Positions 20,060 to 31,205 are shown, counted from the first letter of the stretch. The stretch is DNA of 64,000 bases from Candidatus Cryptobacteroides sp. (GCA_052173975.1 JBQMXN010000007.1:1431-65430), one strand, 5' to 3'. Numbers and translations: made by a program. The notes: a model not told the origin generated them from the sequence alone.

Positions 20060-21018
20060 GCATCATTTTTATGCCTGTATTTGTGTAATTCCCAAGAATT
20101 AACAATGTTTTGCCAAAGGCTGTAAAATCCTCCGGCTACAGAAGTTACAGGAGTTAAAAATGAAAATCCAAGCCAAATAAGAAATCCCGTATTTTTCTGA
20201 CCGAATGCTTGTCGAGACGTAATACCTTGAGATTCGCTATATTTATTCCCTATTTTACTTCCAAAAAAGAATTGCAATAGGCAGCACAGAAGGGACATGA
20301 CTCCTATCAAGATAACCGTTAAGAAATTTATCTTGCTGTATATTAATGATAAAGTGGAAAGTATCAAAGCAAAAGTAAGGCTGATACTCAAAATGTAAAA
20401 TGCCCAATGAGAATATCTTACAAGTGTCTCGTGTACTTTCTTCATCGTATATCTTATTACCCAAGCTCCAATACAAGGCAAAATCAAAATAGGAAAGATC
20501 TTCCTTACTATTGCGAAAAAGTAACTCTGAAAATTCATACTTTCAGAAGGATGTATTACAGGAATTACTGCAGGGATAAGTACTGCTGTTATACAGTTTA
20601 TAAGTACGACATACGACATCGCACCGGCTAATTTACCGCCGAGTTTATCCGTGATAACTCCTGAACCGGATGCCGTAGGACAGATTATACAAAGCATAGC
20701 ACACTCCAGCAACAATCTTATGGTATTGTGCTCCATTATTGAAATGATTATTGCAAGAATTACAAAAATGGAACATTGTGATATTAATACAAACAGATGC
20801 CATTTTTGAAGTTTCATATCTCGCGGAGAAACTCTTGTGAATTGCAGGAAGAGCATTAAACCGATAAGTATCGGTTGCGTTTCAGCCGAGAAACTTTTCA
20901 GACCCGCTTCATAAGGAGCCAATGCAGGAATAAAATGTACAAGAAGGGCTATTAATATGCCGGTTCCTATAGATACCATTAAAGCCCAATTCTTTAGAAA
21001 AACGATTGCACTTTTCAT
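20056..21018 (-). CDS. Polytopic membrane transporter (bile acid:sodium symporter-like)
   Basis: 320 aa with about 9-10 hydrophobic segments. The family assignment is only by general resemblance. Confidence 0.6.
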   Translation of the reverse strand: MKSAIVFLKNWALMVSIGTGILIALLVHFIPALAPYEAGLKSFSAETQPILIGLMLFLQFTRVSPRDMKLQKWHLFVLISQCSIFVILAIIISIMEHNTIRLLLECAMLCIICPTASGSGVITDKLGGKLAGAMSYVVLINCITAVLIPAVIPVIHPSESMNFQSYFFAIVRKIFPILILPCIGAWVIRYTMKKVHETLVRYSHWAFYILSISLTFALILSTLSLIYSKINFLTVILIGVMSLLCCLLQFFFGSKIGNKYSESQGITSRQAFGQKNTGFLIWLGFSFLTPVTSVAGGFYSLWQNIVNSWELHKYRHKNDA

Positions 21019-21022
21019 TTTA

Positions 21023-21724
21023 TCATTCGTATTTCGATAATAATTTTCCGAAAAGTTTTTTTGCTATAGGGTCAGTAAGTTTCATACAAAGTCCTGTAAA
21101 CAGAGCAAGTATCAAAGTTCCTTCTCTGATAACCATATTATCACCCTTTCCCCAAGGATTACCGAACATAATCAATGCAAATGCGCCTGAAAGAATGACA
21201 AGAAAAATATCAAAGCCAATCTTGGCATTGTTGAATTTGACTTTAAAAGTCTGTGAGATTGCCGCTACTGTCTGTTCTCCGGCAAGCATCCATGCATTGC
21301 CTATTACTTCAAGGCTGATTCCCAATGCTGTAACGATCACAGTAAGTATGCAAAGCCCCATTTTATAAGTGTATGTTAATGCCGGAAGTTTACTGAAAAT
21401 CATATCTGAAATAGCGATCGCTCCATCTGTTAAAAGACCGAAAACCACAGCAGCCGGAATTTGCATTAAATATTGCACTTTGAATTTTTTCCCAAGCATT
21501 AATATCTGTGAGAGAATAAATGTCAAATGCAGCATTATGGTGTATTCTCCTACAGTAAATTTTGCATTCCAAAGATTCACGACATAAGTGGGACATGATA
21601 TTGGAGCGGTTCCCAAATCCGATTTTATAGATAATGCTACACCGATTGCAACGAAGACCAATCCCAATGTCGCTACAAAATATCTTACTGAAATACCTAA
21701 AACTGTTGATTTCTTATTTTTCAT
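21023..21724 (-). CDS. YczE-like membrane protein
   Basis: Hydrophobic protein beginning MKNKKSTVLGISVRYFVATLGLVFVAIGVALSIKSDLGTAPIS. ATG at 21724 is preferred over the longer ORF. Confidence 0.6.
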   Translation of the reverse strand: MKNKKSTVLGISVRYFVATLGLVFVAIGVALSIKSDLGTAPISCPTYVVNLWNAKFTVGEYTIMLHLTFILSQILMLGKKFKVQYLMQIPAAVVFGLLTDGAIAISDMIFSKLPALTYTYKMGLCILTVIVTALGISLEVIGNAWMLAGEQTVAAISQTFKVKFNNAKIGFDIFLVILSGAFALIMFGNPWGKGDNMVIREGTLILALFTGLCMKLTDPIAKKLFGKLLSKYE

Positions 21725-21832
21725 AATCTTATAATATGCAATTTCCCGATATCCTCGGTACTTAAAAAACGGGTGCAAATATCGTACAAAATCATTAACT
21801 TTGCAATTTATGTTAATTAACATTAATGTTTT

Positions 21833-23845
21833 ATGAAAAAAAGTTTCTTAATGATTGTTGCTGCTCTTTCTTTCGCAGCTTGCAATCAAAATTATGAGAA
21901 AGCATCTGTATTGGACTTGTCCAATTTGGATACTACCGTATCTCCAAAAGTCGATTTTTACAAATACGCTGTTGGTGGTTGGCAAGCAAAGAATCCTCTT
22001 AAACCTGAATATGCGCGTTTTGGTACATTTGATGCATTGCACGAAAATAATGTAAAGCGTCTTAATGATTTGTTTGCCGATATGGCTCAAATGAAAGCAA
22101 AACAAGGAACTATTGAGCAAAAAATTTCTGATTTATATAAAATGGGACTTGATTCAGTGAAATTGAATTCTGATGGAGCTGCGCCTATTTTGAAATATAT
22201 TTCTAAAATCTATGATGCCGAAGATAAATCTCAATTGGTAAAAGAAATTGCAGATTTACATAGACATAATGAAAGCTCTTTCTTTGGCATATATGTATAT
22301 GCCGATGCTAAAAATAGCGAAATGCAGGTACTTTATTTAGGTCAAAGCGGACTCGGTTTAGGGGATAGAGATTATTATTTGGATGCTCATAATAAAGAGA
22401 TTAAAAAAGGGTATAAAAACTTTTTGGAAAAAATATTTACTCTTTCCGGTGTTAATAATCCAATGAAGGCTGCAGATAATGCTTTGTATGTTGAGGATAA
22501 ACTCGCACAATATTCTTGGACTCGTGTTCAGCAGAGAGACGTAGAGGCAAGTTACAATCCAATGTCTTCTGAAGAATTATATTCTAAATATCCCGGTTTT
22601 GATTTTAAAATATATTTTGATGAGTTGGGCATTCCGGATCAGGAAAAACTTATTGTCGGAGAGCCGTCTTTCTTTGAGGGTTTTGCTGATTTATTCTACA
22701 GGACGGATTTGGCAGTATTGAAGGATTATATGGCAGGACAATTGATTCAAGGCGCTTGCGGTGCATTGAGCGATGATTTCTACGATGCTTCTTTTGAGTT
22801 TTTTAGCAAGCAACTTTCAGGTATACAGCAGAAAAAACCTCGTTGGAAAAGAGCAATGGGAGTACCTAATGGCATACTTGGTGAGGCAGTTGGAAAAATG
22901 TATGTAGAGAAGTATTTCCCAAGTTCTTCTAAAAAGCAGATGAAGAAACTCGTTGAAAATCTACGTTTTGCTCTTAGCCAGCATATAGATTCGTTGGATT
23001 GGATGAGTGATTCCACGAAAGTGAAAGCTCACGAAAAACTTGAAGGCTTTGTTGTTAAAATCGGCTATCCTGATAAATGGAAGGATTACTCTACTTTGAA
23101 GATTGATCCTAAAATCTATTATTATGAAAATTTGAGAGAAGCATCAGCATGGTATTCTGCAGATAATCTTTCAGGTTTAGGCAAACCGGTTGATAGAGAA
23201 AAATGGGGAATGACACCGCAAACTATCAATGCTTATTACAATCCTTATACAAATGAAATTTGTTTTCCGGCTGCAATTCTTCAACCTCCGTTCTTCTATC
23301 CTAATGCAGATGATGCTATAAACTATGGTGCTATCGGTGTTGTTATAGGGCACGAAATGTCTCACGGATTCGACGATCAAGGCAGGCTATTCGATGTTAA
23401 CGGAAATATGAATAATTGGTGGACTGATGCGGATGCTGCTAAATTTAAAGAAAAAGCTGATGTTTTGGTAGCTCAATTTGATAAGATTGAAGTTCTTCCC
23501 GGCGTAAAGGCTAACGGTAGATTTACTTTGGGAGAGAATATTGGAGATCATGGAGGAATCAGTATTGCTTATACCGCATTGGAAAACTCTTTGAAAGGCA
23601 AGAGAGTACCTAAAATAGATGGATTTACTCCGCAGCAAAGATTCTTCTTGTCTTATGCTACAGTATGGGCTCAAAATATTACAGATGAATCAAAGGCAAG
23701 GCTTACAAAGTTGGATGTGCATTCTCTCGCTGAAAATAGAGTTAATGTGTCATTGAAGAATTTTGAAGCTTTCTTTAATGCTTTTGACATAAAAGAAGGT
23801 GATCCGATGTTTTTACCTGAAAAAGACAGGGTCCATATTTGGTAA
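21833..23845 (+). CDS. M13 family metallopeptidase (PepO / endothelin-converting-enzyme-like)
   Basis: 670 aa with a lipoprotein-like signal (AALSFAAC), HEMSHGFD zinc motif and ENIGDHGG. Confidence 0.93.
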   Translation: MKKSFLMIVAALSFAACNQNYEKASVLDLSNLDTTVSPKVDFYKYAVGGWQAKNPLKPEYARFGTFDALHENNVKRLNDLFADMAQMKAKQGTIEQKISDLYKMGLDSVKLNSDGAAPILKYISKIYDAEDKSQLVKEIADLHRHNESSFFGIYVYADAKNSEMQVLYLGQSGLGLGDRDYYLDAHNKEIKKGYKNFLEKIFTLSGVNNPMKAADNALYVEDKLAQYSWTRVQQRDVEASYNPMSSEELYSKYPGFDFKIYFDELGIPDQEKLIVGEPSFFEGFADLFYRTDLAVLKDYMAGQLIQGACGALSDDFYDASFEFFSKQLSGIQQKKPRWKRAMGVPNGILGEAVGKMYVEKYFPSSSKKQMKKLVENLRFALSQHIDSLDWMSDSTKVKAHEKLEGFVVKIGYPDKWKDYSTLKIDPKIYYYENLREASAWYSADNLSGLGKPVDREKWGMTPQTINAYYNPYTNEICFPAAILQPPFFYPNADDAINYGAIGVVIGHEMSHGFDDQGRLFDVNGNMNNWWTDADAAKFKEKADVLVAQFDKIEVLPGVKANGRFTLGENIGDHGGISIAYTALENSLKGKRVPKIDGFTPQQRFFLSYATVWAQNITDESKARLTKLDVHSLAENRVNVSLKNFEAFFNAFDIKEGDPMFLPEKDRVHIW

Positions 23846-23846
23846 T

Positions 23847-24998
23847 TTGGCAGCTTTAAGTTTCATATCAAAACATTTGAATTTTAAAGGAAAGATGGCT
23901 ATGATTTCAATAGCCATCTCTTTCCTTATAATGATAGTTTCAGTGTCGGTGGCTTCCGGCTATAGAGAAGAAATAAAAAATGGCATTTCGGCTATTTCCG
24001 GAGATATTAGGATTGAACCTTCATCGTCTGATTATCTTAATAATTCAAATAATATTATCATTTCATCATTTTTAATAGAAAGGCTGAATTCTTTAGATAA
24101 CATATCTGAAATATCTCCTGTTATATATCGTGCAGGAATAATTAAGAAAGAAGATAATCTTCAAGGATTGATTTTCAAAGGAATAGAGAAAAAGGACAGT
24201 ACTGCTTTTGGCGTTTCCGTACCTTCTAAACTTGCTGATTTGCTCGAACTGAAAAAAGGTGATGAATTTATTTCTTATTTTCCGGGAGAAAAAATCAAAG
24301 TAAGAAAATTTAAAGTTAGAGATATTTATAATGCTGTTTTAGAATCTGAAGATAAACTTGTAGTATATGCAAATATTTCAGATATGAGGCGGTTGAATGG
24401 TTGGGAAGGAGATAGGGCCTCTGCATTAGAGATATTTCTTAAGGATAATTCCAATTCTTCTAAATATGAAGCGGAAATCGGTAATCTTATTCGTTTGGAT
24501 GAGAGAGGAGAGGAAACTGATTTAGTCGCAGTGTCTGCGGAAAGACAATATTTTGCAATTTTAAATTGGCTGGAGTTGATAGATTTCAATGTGTTGTTTA
24601 TTTTGGCTCTTATGACAATAGTTGCCGGGTTCAATATGGTTTCAGGACTTTTGATTATGCTGTTCCAAAATATTTCTACAATAGGGCTATTGAAATCTTT
24701 AGGAATGACAAATAATAATATAGCTGCTGTTTTTCTCAAAGTGGCGTCCGGTATAGCGATAAAAGGAATAATTATAGGAAATATAATAGCTGTACTCTTG
24801 TGTGAGTTACAAAATAAAACTCACGTATTGAAGTTAGATCCGGATAATTACTTTATCTCCTTTGTTCCCATTAAATTGGATTTGCAATGGATAGCAACTG
24901 CTGATATTCTATCTTATATAGTTATAATGTTGCTTTTGTTATTACCTTGTTTGTTTATCTCTAATGTTGATCCTGCAAAAACCGTCAGGGTTCGATAG
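23847..24998 (+). CDS. FtsX/LolE family ABC transporter permease
   Basis: N-terminal TM, large extracytoplasmic domain and three C-terminal TMs (FtsX pattern). Start is uncertain: TTG 23847 just after the pepO stop, or the ATG near 23895. The track's GTG 23799 overlaps pepO. Confidence 0.8.
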   Translation: MAALSFISKHLNFKGKMAMISIAISFLIMIVSVSVASGYREEIKNGISAISGDIRIEPSSSDYLNNSNNIIISSFLIERLNSLDNISEISPVIYRAGIIKKEDNLQGLIFKGIEKKDSTAFGVSVPSKLADLLELKKGDEFISYFPGEKIKVRKFKVRDIYNAVLESEDKLVVYANISDMRRLNGWEGDRASALEIFLKDNSNSSKYEAEIGNLIRLDERGEETDLVAVSAERQYFAILNWLELIDFNVLFILALMTIVAGFNMVSGLLIMLFQNISTIGLLKSLGMTNNNIAAVFLKVASGIAIKGIIIGNIIAVLLCELQNKTHVLKLDPDNYFISFVPIKLDLQWIATADILSYIVIMLLLLLPCLFISNVDPAKTVRVR

Positions 24999-25998
24999 AA
25001 ATTTCATTTAGAATAGAGTAGATTTTCATAATATTCTCTACATATGCAGTAGTTTCTGAATAATTAAAATTTATCATAGGCATTATAGAGCACAATTCTT
25101 TCCAAGTATGCTTGGTCGTACCTTTTTCTTCCGCAATCATAATGCAATCCATTATTCTGCTTGCTCCAGCATTATAGGCTGCCATTGTGAATTTCTGAAG
25201 TTCTATTTTATTCTTTGCGTATTTTCTGAATTTCCTTTGTAATTTTTTTAAATAAGCTGTTCCGGCTTTAATACTCGCTTCAGGGTCTATTATATCATCC
25301 CAACCATAATGATTTGCTGTTCTCGGCATTATTTGCATCATTCCCATTGCCCCCTTATATGAACGCGCACATATTGAGAACTTTGATTCTTGATAAATTA
25401 ATGCAGTTAAGAGCTTCCTATCCCATTCTATTTGAATTGCATATCTTTTTATTTGTTCATCGTATGGACTTAAATGCTTATATTTCTCTTGTGTGAGACT
25501 TCTGCTTATCGGATTATAATTGGTTCTGAATCTTTTGTTTAATTCATTGTATTTATCGGTTTTGGAAAATTTTGAAAACCAATCGTTGATTTTTTTTACT
25601 TTTAGACGTTCCGTTTTGTTTACAATCCAGATGAAATCATCTCCTACAGGCGCCGAAATTAATAAATCCGAGGTGTCTATTGTATCTTTAGTATTTAGTA
25701 TTACTATATCCGCTTTCTCATATTTAAGTGAATCTATGTAATTTTCTTTTGTTTGTGCAAGCAATATTTCAGGAGAAAAATCAGCATCTTTCGCAAATTC
25801 TTTCAAGAGTTCATAATTCAATCCCGGCAGTAAAGAGAATTTAGTTGAGTTTATTGCAATAACGCATTTTATATGTTTCCCTGCGAAGGATTTATGTGCA
25901 ATCTTTTTATAAAAGAAATTTAATCCTATAGCGAATAGTAGTATTAATAGGATTGTAAATGGGTAGAATAATATTCTCTTTGAATTTATGCGTATCAT
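24985..25998 (-). CDS. Lytic transglycosylase (MltF-like: SBP-like domain plus SLT domain)
   Basis: SLT catalytic region LIYQESKFS...GAMGMMQIMPRTA...AAYNAG. N-terminal TM. Confidence 0.85.
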   Translation of the reverse strand: MIRINSKRILFYPFTILLILLFAIGLNFFYKKIAHKSFAGKHIKCVIAINSTKFSLLPGLNYELLKEFAKDADFSPEILLAQTKENYIDSLKYEKADIVILNTKDTIDTSDLLISAPVGDDFIWIVNKTERLKVKKINDWFSKFSKTDKYNELNKRFRTNYNPISRSLTQEKYKHLSPYDEQIKRYAIQIEWDRKLLTALIYQESKFSICARSYKGAMGMMQIMPRTANHYGWDDIIDPEASIKAGTAYLKKLQRKFRKYAKNKIELQKFTMAAYNAGASRIMDCIMIAEEKGTTKHTWKELCSIMPMINFNYSETTAYVENIMKIYSILNEISIEP

Positions 25999-28595
25999 AA
26001 TCTAAGACCTCCGCTCATACCGGAACCTGCTTTTGAGGAAGCAGTAACGTGCTTATGGGGTTGTATATAGAAAGGCCAGAAAATACCGAGTTTAAGTGTC
26101 CTCTGGGTAATGATATGTCTGTCTGCACTGAAATAATCTGCTTTATCCATAGGCCATCCTTGTCCGGCATTCTCCATTTTTATGAATATGCAAGCTCTTT
26201 TCCATTGAATATTTGCAAAGATGTCGAAATAAGGATGGTTTCCATATGTGTTTTGATTTTGATTACAATATGCTCCTACTGCAGGATTCCACATAGGGGT
26301 GTAGTAACTTGTGTTGAAATATGTGTTTATCCCTATTTGGGCTTGCATAATATCCTTTTTTACATTGAACTGTATGTAGTATCTTAAATTTAATGCCAAT
26401 AGAGGCAAAGGTAAGGATTCTTTGTCTGATGCAAGTTGGAGTAATATCCTGTTGTCCAAATGCAAAAATCCTATCTTAAAATTTTTATTTACTTCAGCTG
26501 TCAGAAGGCTGATCGGAGTTGAAGTTTGTTTGATATATCCTTTTTTATCATACATAATATGGTTACCAAGCAAAGAATATGCGATGTTTGCAGATAGTTT
26601 CCAATAAGGTATTTCCAATGCTGTTTTAAAAGTCGTTTGTGAAATTTTATTGAAATTGTTGTCCCATCGGTAGTGATTGGATGAGTAGTGCTGCATATAG
26701 AAATCAGGTTCGCTTAAATCTGTCTTAAATATTAAATTTAAAGAGATAGGAGAGTCTATTGCTTGTCTGAAAGGATAGAAATTGAATTTAAAATCAGCAT
26801 TTACATTAAGGTTGTTGATTTCTCTTCCTAAAAATGTGTATCCGAAATCGGCATTCCAAGAGATGTATTTCTTTAGATATCCTTCTGCTCCTGCATATAC
26901 ATACATAGAGTTGCCCCAAACAGTGTTTTTATTTGTTAAGAATGTAGGATCGAATTTATACCAACTCATTAGTTTATTGCCTATCCCTACATTGATTTTG
27001 GAAATTATGGCATTGTCTGCCCAAGGTTGAAGGCGAAGGAATACCTTATTATCGAATTTCATTATTCGTGAGGAATCCCTTGTGGATGTCGGATGCAGAT
27101 TGAAAGTGTTGTTGTAATAGGCTCTTCCATCGTTGTCTGTGAGAGAGATTTCGTCTGTATAAAGCCTTCTGAACACCGAGTATTCGCTACTATGACCTAT
27201 AAATGCAGATGTGATATTTTCTTCTTCTCTCTGTGCTTGCGTTTTTCGCAGCGAATCCGCTGCGGTTGATTTAATTTCTGTGGAGTCTGTCGGAGCGGAA
27301 ATTTTCTTCCTTTTAAGGAATTTAAAAGGAATCTTATATTGTTGATCTAAGAATACGGTGTGTTTGACGTATCTGTTTTTTGCATTGGACAGGTTTATAT
27401 TGATTTCTCTGGCTTCTAAGTTGGAGTCCCAAATGGAACTGATGTCTTTCATCCCTCCGTTTTCGCCTTGAGAGAGCATATTGTAGATGTAACCTGAGTG
27501 CATCATATAGCGTTTGCCCAAGTAATTTGATGCCGCTACGAATGTTTTGTTTTTTGTTATTTCGTTTTGTAGCATACCTCCGGATCCGAATCTGTTGTAT
27601 TCTAATGTGAAATTGAGTTCGGGAATTATGTTTTGGGAGGTGAAAATGCGTATGTTGTCGGATGCTTTATCGCTGTTGGCGAATAATGTCCCCCAATATG
27701 CCAATTCGGTGTATGGCGTTTTTGTATTGTACATCGAGAGCGATGATGGAGTGTAGGTCCAAGGTTCTGCGTATTGGTATAAAGGTACGCTTTCTTTGTA
27801 TTCCCTTTCTATGGCATTGAATGTTTGAAGAGGTGAGCCTGCATTCCCCAACCATACGGCATTAACGTCTTTGCGTAAAAAAGGGTAATCGTGGTAGTAG
27901 TAGTTATAACTTGTATCTAAGTCCGTAAGGTTTAATTTATGGAAGTTCCTGTCGTGTGTCCATTTGATTACTCTTTTATATTTCATTGAGCCGGATACGG
28001 CGAAAGTCTCCCATATTCGTGGAGTAGCCTCTGTAATACTGTCTTTGGCTGCTTTTATACTATCCCTTCTTGCGAAGATGCTATCCATCTTATGCCTTTT
28101 GATAGGTATGGACTGCTCTAAATCATATTTTTTTCGTTCTTTTTTTGAAAGCGAAGAGTACCATTTATCGAATTTTTCTTTTGCTACTGTAGCTGAATCT
28201 TTGAAATAAAGTGAGTCGATTACGTGCCATTCTATGGTATCTCCTGATGCTTTCAGTGAATCTACCGTTTCTCTATGTGTGAATGAGTCTTTTACTGCCT
28301 TATAATATTTATATAAGAAAGGGTCGGAATATCTAAGACTATCGGGAATCTTTATGGAATCACGTTTTGCTCTTGCTGCAGAATCATCAAATTCTTTATG
28401 TATTATTATTCCGGAATTGTCGTATTTGTCATTGATTTTTAACTCCAAATCAAAATGCGTAACAATTTCTGACGTGTCTTTCGGCGCATTTCGATATGCT
28501 TCAAATTTATGATTTACGTCAGGTGTGATGGCTTGCGCTGCAGCCATCCCGACAAATATTGTCGGCAAAATTATATTCCCAAGAATATTTTTCAT
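25995..28595 (-). CDS. Large secreted protein, probable outer-membrane beta-barrel ('putative porin'-like)
   Basis: About 866 aa with a signal peptide (FVGMAAAQA). Y/N/F-rich with alternating beta-strand-like patterns. The stop overlaps the MltF-like start (ATGA). Confidence 0.65.
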   Translation of the reverse strand: MKNILGNIILPTIFVGMAAAQAITPDVNHKFEAYRNAPKDTSEIVTHFDLELKINDKYDNSGIIIHKEFDDSAARAKRDSIKIPDSLRYSDPFLYKYYKAVKDSFTHRETVDSLKASGDTIEWHVIDSLYFKDSATVAKEKFDKWYSSLSKKERKKYDLEQSIPIKRHKMDSIFARRDSIKAAKDSITEATPRIWETFAVSGSMKYKRVIKWTHDRNFHKLNLTDLDTSYNYYYHDYPFLRKDVNAVWLGNAGSPLQTFNAIEREYKESVPLYQYAEPWTYTPSSLSMYNTKTPYTELAYWGTLFANSDKASDNIRIFTSQNIIPELNFTLEYNRFGSGGMLQNEITKNKTFVAASNYLGKRYMMHSGYIYNMLSQGENGGMKDISSIWDSNLEAREININLSNAKNRYVKHTVFLDQQYKIPFKFLKRKKISAPTDSTEIKSTAADSLRKTQAQREEENITSAFIGHSSEYSVFRRLYTDEISLTDNDGRAYYNNTFNLHPTSTRDSSRIMKFDNKVFLRLQPWADNAIISKINVGIGNKLMSWYKFDPTFLTNKNTVWGNSMYVYAGAEGYLKKYISWNADFGYTFLGREINNLNVNADFKFNFYPFRQAIDSPISLNLIFKTDLSEPDFYMQHYSSNHYRWDNNFNKISQTTFKTALEIPYWKLSANIAYSLLGNHIMYDKKGYIKQTSTPISLLTAEVNKNFKIGFLHLDNRILLQLASDKESLPLPLLALNLRYYIQFNVKKDIMQAQIGINTYFNTSYYTPMWNPAVGAYCNQNQNTYGNHPYFDIFANIQWKRACIFIKMENAGQGWPMDKADYFSADRHIITQRTLKLGIFWPFYIQPHKHVTASSKAGSGMSGGLRL

Positions 28596-28694
28596 CAACT
28601 TACAAAGATATAAGAATTATTTTATCTCGGCAATGGGTGCATTTCGCTTTGAAAATAATGTTGTATAACTGTTTCCATTTCGATGAAATTTTAT

Positions 28695-28702
28695 TAAGTT
28701 TG
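28695..28702 (+). promoter_or_regulatory. Bacteroidota -7 promoter box (TAAGTTTG)
   Basis: Exact TAnnTTTG 28 nt upstream of ATG 28730. Confidence 0.45.
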
Positions 28703-28729
28703 TAAAGATATGTTTTTAAAAAATAGAAA

Positions 28730-29728
28730 ATGAGTAAAAAGTTTTTCATTATAGCCTTGATAATTGCAGTTACTACGGTTAGTTCTTTTGCCCAAGTGGC
28801 TTATTCGCTTCCACAGACGAGTATAAGTTTGGATGTTGAGGCTATACAAGAGGATTTCCATGCAGGTCCTTATGCAAAGTATGCGCATAAATATTTAGGT
28901 GTGAATGTGCGTTTGCTTGATGAGAAAACTTTTCAGTTGTCAAGTGTACAGATGACTTTTTATATAGAGGCGGATCATAGCAGGCGATATTTTGCCCCTG
29001 TTGATGCTTCTAATGATTTATTCCTTAAATTGACTTCACAGGGTCTGGTATCATCGTCAGGCAGCGAGGGTTTCGGAAGCGGTGTAGAGTGGCGTTTCCC
29101 GGTAAATTCTAAAGGTGACTTTACAAATAAAGGAGTGAATTACAATCTTAAATCTGAAGCGACTTCTCTTTATACGGCGGAAAAAGTGGCAATATTACAG
29201 GAAGTTACTATTGAAAAACCTTTGGAAATCAGAGCAAAAGAGGCTGCTGAAATGATATTCGAATTGCGTAAAAAGCGTATTCAGATTATTACAGGCGATA
29301 CGGATGCGTCTTATGGTGGTGATGCTATGGGGGCTGCTATAAAAGAAATAACCCGACTTGAGCAAGAATATTTGTCGCTTTTTATTGGATATAGCGAGTA
29401 TCGTACTCAAAAGAAAAAATTTGATATACTTCCTGAAAGAAATGCTCTTAAACAATTCTATGTCGCTTTCCGTTTGTCGGATACGGAAGGTCTTGTTACG
29501 CCGGAGAATGTTTCAGGCAAGCCTTATATTATAGAAATTGTACCGCAGACTATAGCAGGAGCATCTAAAGATGGTAAAGAAAAGTCTTCAAGGTGGGGCT
29601 ATATTAATTACCGTATTCCGTCTATTTGTACAGTGAAACTTACTGATGGAGTTAATATGCTGATACAGGATCGTATCCCTGTATATCAATTGGGAAAGGA
29701 TGAGGCAATGCCTATATATGTGAAATAA
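28730..29728 (+). CDS. Hypothetical secreted protein
   Basis: 332 aa with signal peptide MSKKFFIIALIIAVTTVSSFAQ. No catalytic motif recognised. Confidence 0.7.
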   Translation: MSKKFFIIALIIAVTTVSSFAQVAYSLPQTSISLDVEAIQEDFHAGPYAKYAHKYLGVNVRLLDEKTFQLSSVQMTFYIEADHSRRYFAPVDASNDLFLKLTSQGLVSSSGSEGFGSGVEWRFPVNSKGDFTNKGVNYNLKSEATSLYTAEKVAILQEVTIEKPLEIRAKEAAEMIFELRKKRIQIITGDTDASYGGDAMGAAIKEITRLEQEYLSLFIGYSEYRTQKKKFDILPERNALKQFYVAFRLSDTEGLVTPENVSGKPYIIEIVPQTIAGASKDGKEKSSRWGYINYRIPSICTVKLTDGVNMLIQDRIPVYQLGKDEAMPIYVK

Positions 29729-29747
29729 ATATTAATACTATAAAGCT

Positions 29748-31205
29748 ATGACTATAAAAGATTTAGAGCCTAAAATCGTATGGAATAATTTTTATGGTTT
29801 GACGAGAGTTCCGCGTCCATCCAAGCATGAGGAAAAGGTGCAGCAGTATCTTTTGGATTGGGGAAAGGAGCATAATGTGGAGACCTTAAAGGATGAGACA
29901 GGTAATATTATTATGCGAAAACCTGCAACTCCGGGTTATGAGAAGCGCAGAGGCGTTATTTTGCAAGGGCATATGGATATGGTACCTCAAAAAACGACTG
30001 AAAGTACGCATAACTTCTTGACGGATCCTATTGAAACGAAAATTATCGGTGAGTGGGTAGGAGCAAATGGTACTACATTGGGAGCTGACAATGGTATAGG
30101 TGTTGCTCTCGCTTTGTCCGTAATGGAGGATAAATCTCTTAAACACGGACCTATAGAAGTATTGATTACATATGATGAAGAGACCGGTATGACAGGAGCG
30201 GATAAGCTTAAACCCGGTATGTTTAAAGGTGATATTTTCCTTAATTTGGATTCTGAAATGGAGGGTGAATTGTGTATAGGATGTGCGGGTGGTTTGGATG
30301 GTATTGCTGATTTTGAGTATACTACCGTTGATACTCCTAAAGGATATTCTGCATATACTATTTCGGTCAAAGATTGTTCAGGAGGACATTCTGGAATGGA
30401 TATCAGTCTTTACAGAGCCAATGCCAATAAAATTCTTGCCCGCGTGATTCTTCCTTTGATTGAGAAATTTGATGCAAAAGTTGTTGATATAAAGGGTGGT
30501 AGCCTTCGAAATGCAATCCCTTATGCAGGGGAAGCAGTGGTTTTGTTACCGGACAGTAATATAAAAGCGGCAACGGAGACAGTGGAGAATATTTTTAAAG
30601 AAGTAAAGGAAGAACATAAATATTCTGATCCTGATTCAAAATTCCATTTTGAAAAAGATAGGGAAACTCCTGCTAAATATATCGAAGAAACGGTAATAAA
30701 GAAAGTAATTAAAGCCATTCTGGCTTGCCCTAATGGGGTATTTAGAATGAGTGATTCTATGCCGGGGCTTACTGAAACTTCTACAAACCTTGCAATTGTG
30801 AAGTGCGAAAACGGACATATCATAATACATTCTTTGATGCGTAGCGCAGTAGATTCTTCAAAAGCATTTTTGGCAGAGCAAATGCGTGCCTTATTTGAAC
30901 TTGCAGGTGCGAAATTCAGTACGGTGGGAGGATATAACGGATGGACTCCTAAACCTGAAACTCCTGTTTACAACACTGTTAAGGAAGTCTATAAACAACT
31001 TTTCGGAGAGGAGATGAAAGTGATAGCTACACACGGAGGATTGGAATGTGCTTTGTTGGGAGCAAAGTATCCTAATTGGGAGATGGTGTCTATAGGACCT
31101 ACTATTGTACATCCTCATTCTCCGGATGAGCGTGTGAAAATAGATACTGTAGCTAATGCTTGGAAGTTCTTAGTCAAACTTTTGGAAGCAATTCCTGAAA
31201 AGTAA
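29748..31205 (+). CDS. pepD: Aminoacyl-histidine dipeptidase (M20 family, PepD)
   Basis: 485 aa with QGHMDMV, GADNGIGVA and YDEETGMTGA metal-ligand motifs. Confidence 0.93.
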   Translation: MTIKDLEPKIVWNNFYGLTRVPRPSKHEEKVQQYLLDWGKEHNVETLKDETGNIIMRKPATPGYEKRRGVILQGHMDMVPQKTTESTHNFLTDPIETKIIGEWVGANGTTLGADNGIGVALALSVMEDKSLKHGPIEVLITYDEETGMTGADKLKPGMFKGDIFLNLDSEMEGELCIGCAGGLDGIADFEYTTVDTPKGYSAYTISVKDCSGGHSGMDISLYRANANKILARVILPLIEKFDAKVVDIKGGSLRNAIPYAGEAVVLLPDSNIKAATETVENIFKEVKEEHKYSDPDSKFHFEKDRETPAKYIEETVIKKVIKAILACPNGVFRMSDSMPGLTETSTNLAIVKCENGHIIIHSLMRSAVDSSKAFLAEQMRALFELAGAKFSTVGGYNGWTPKPETPVYNTVKEVYKQLFGEEMKVIATHGGLECALLGAKYPNWEMVSIGPTIVHPHSPDERVKIDTVANAWKFLVKLLEAIPEK

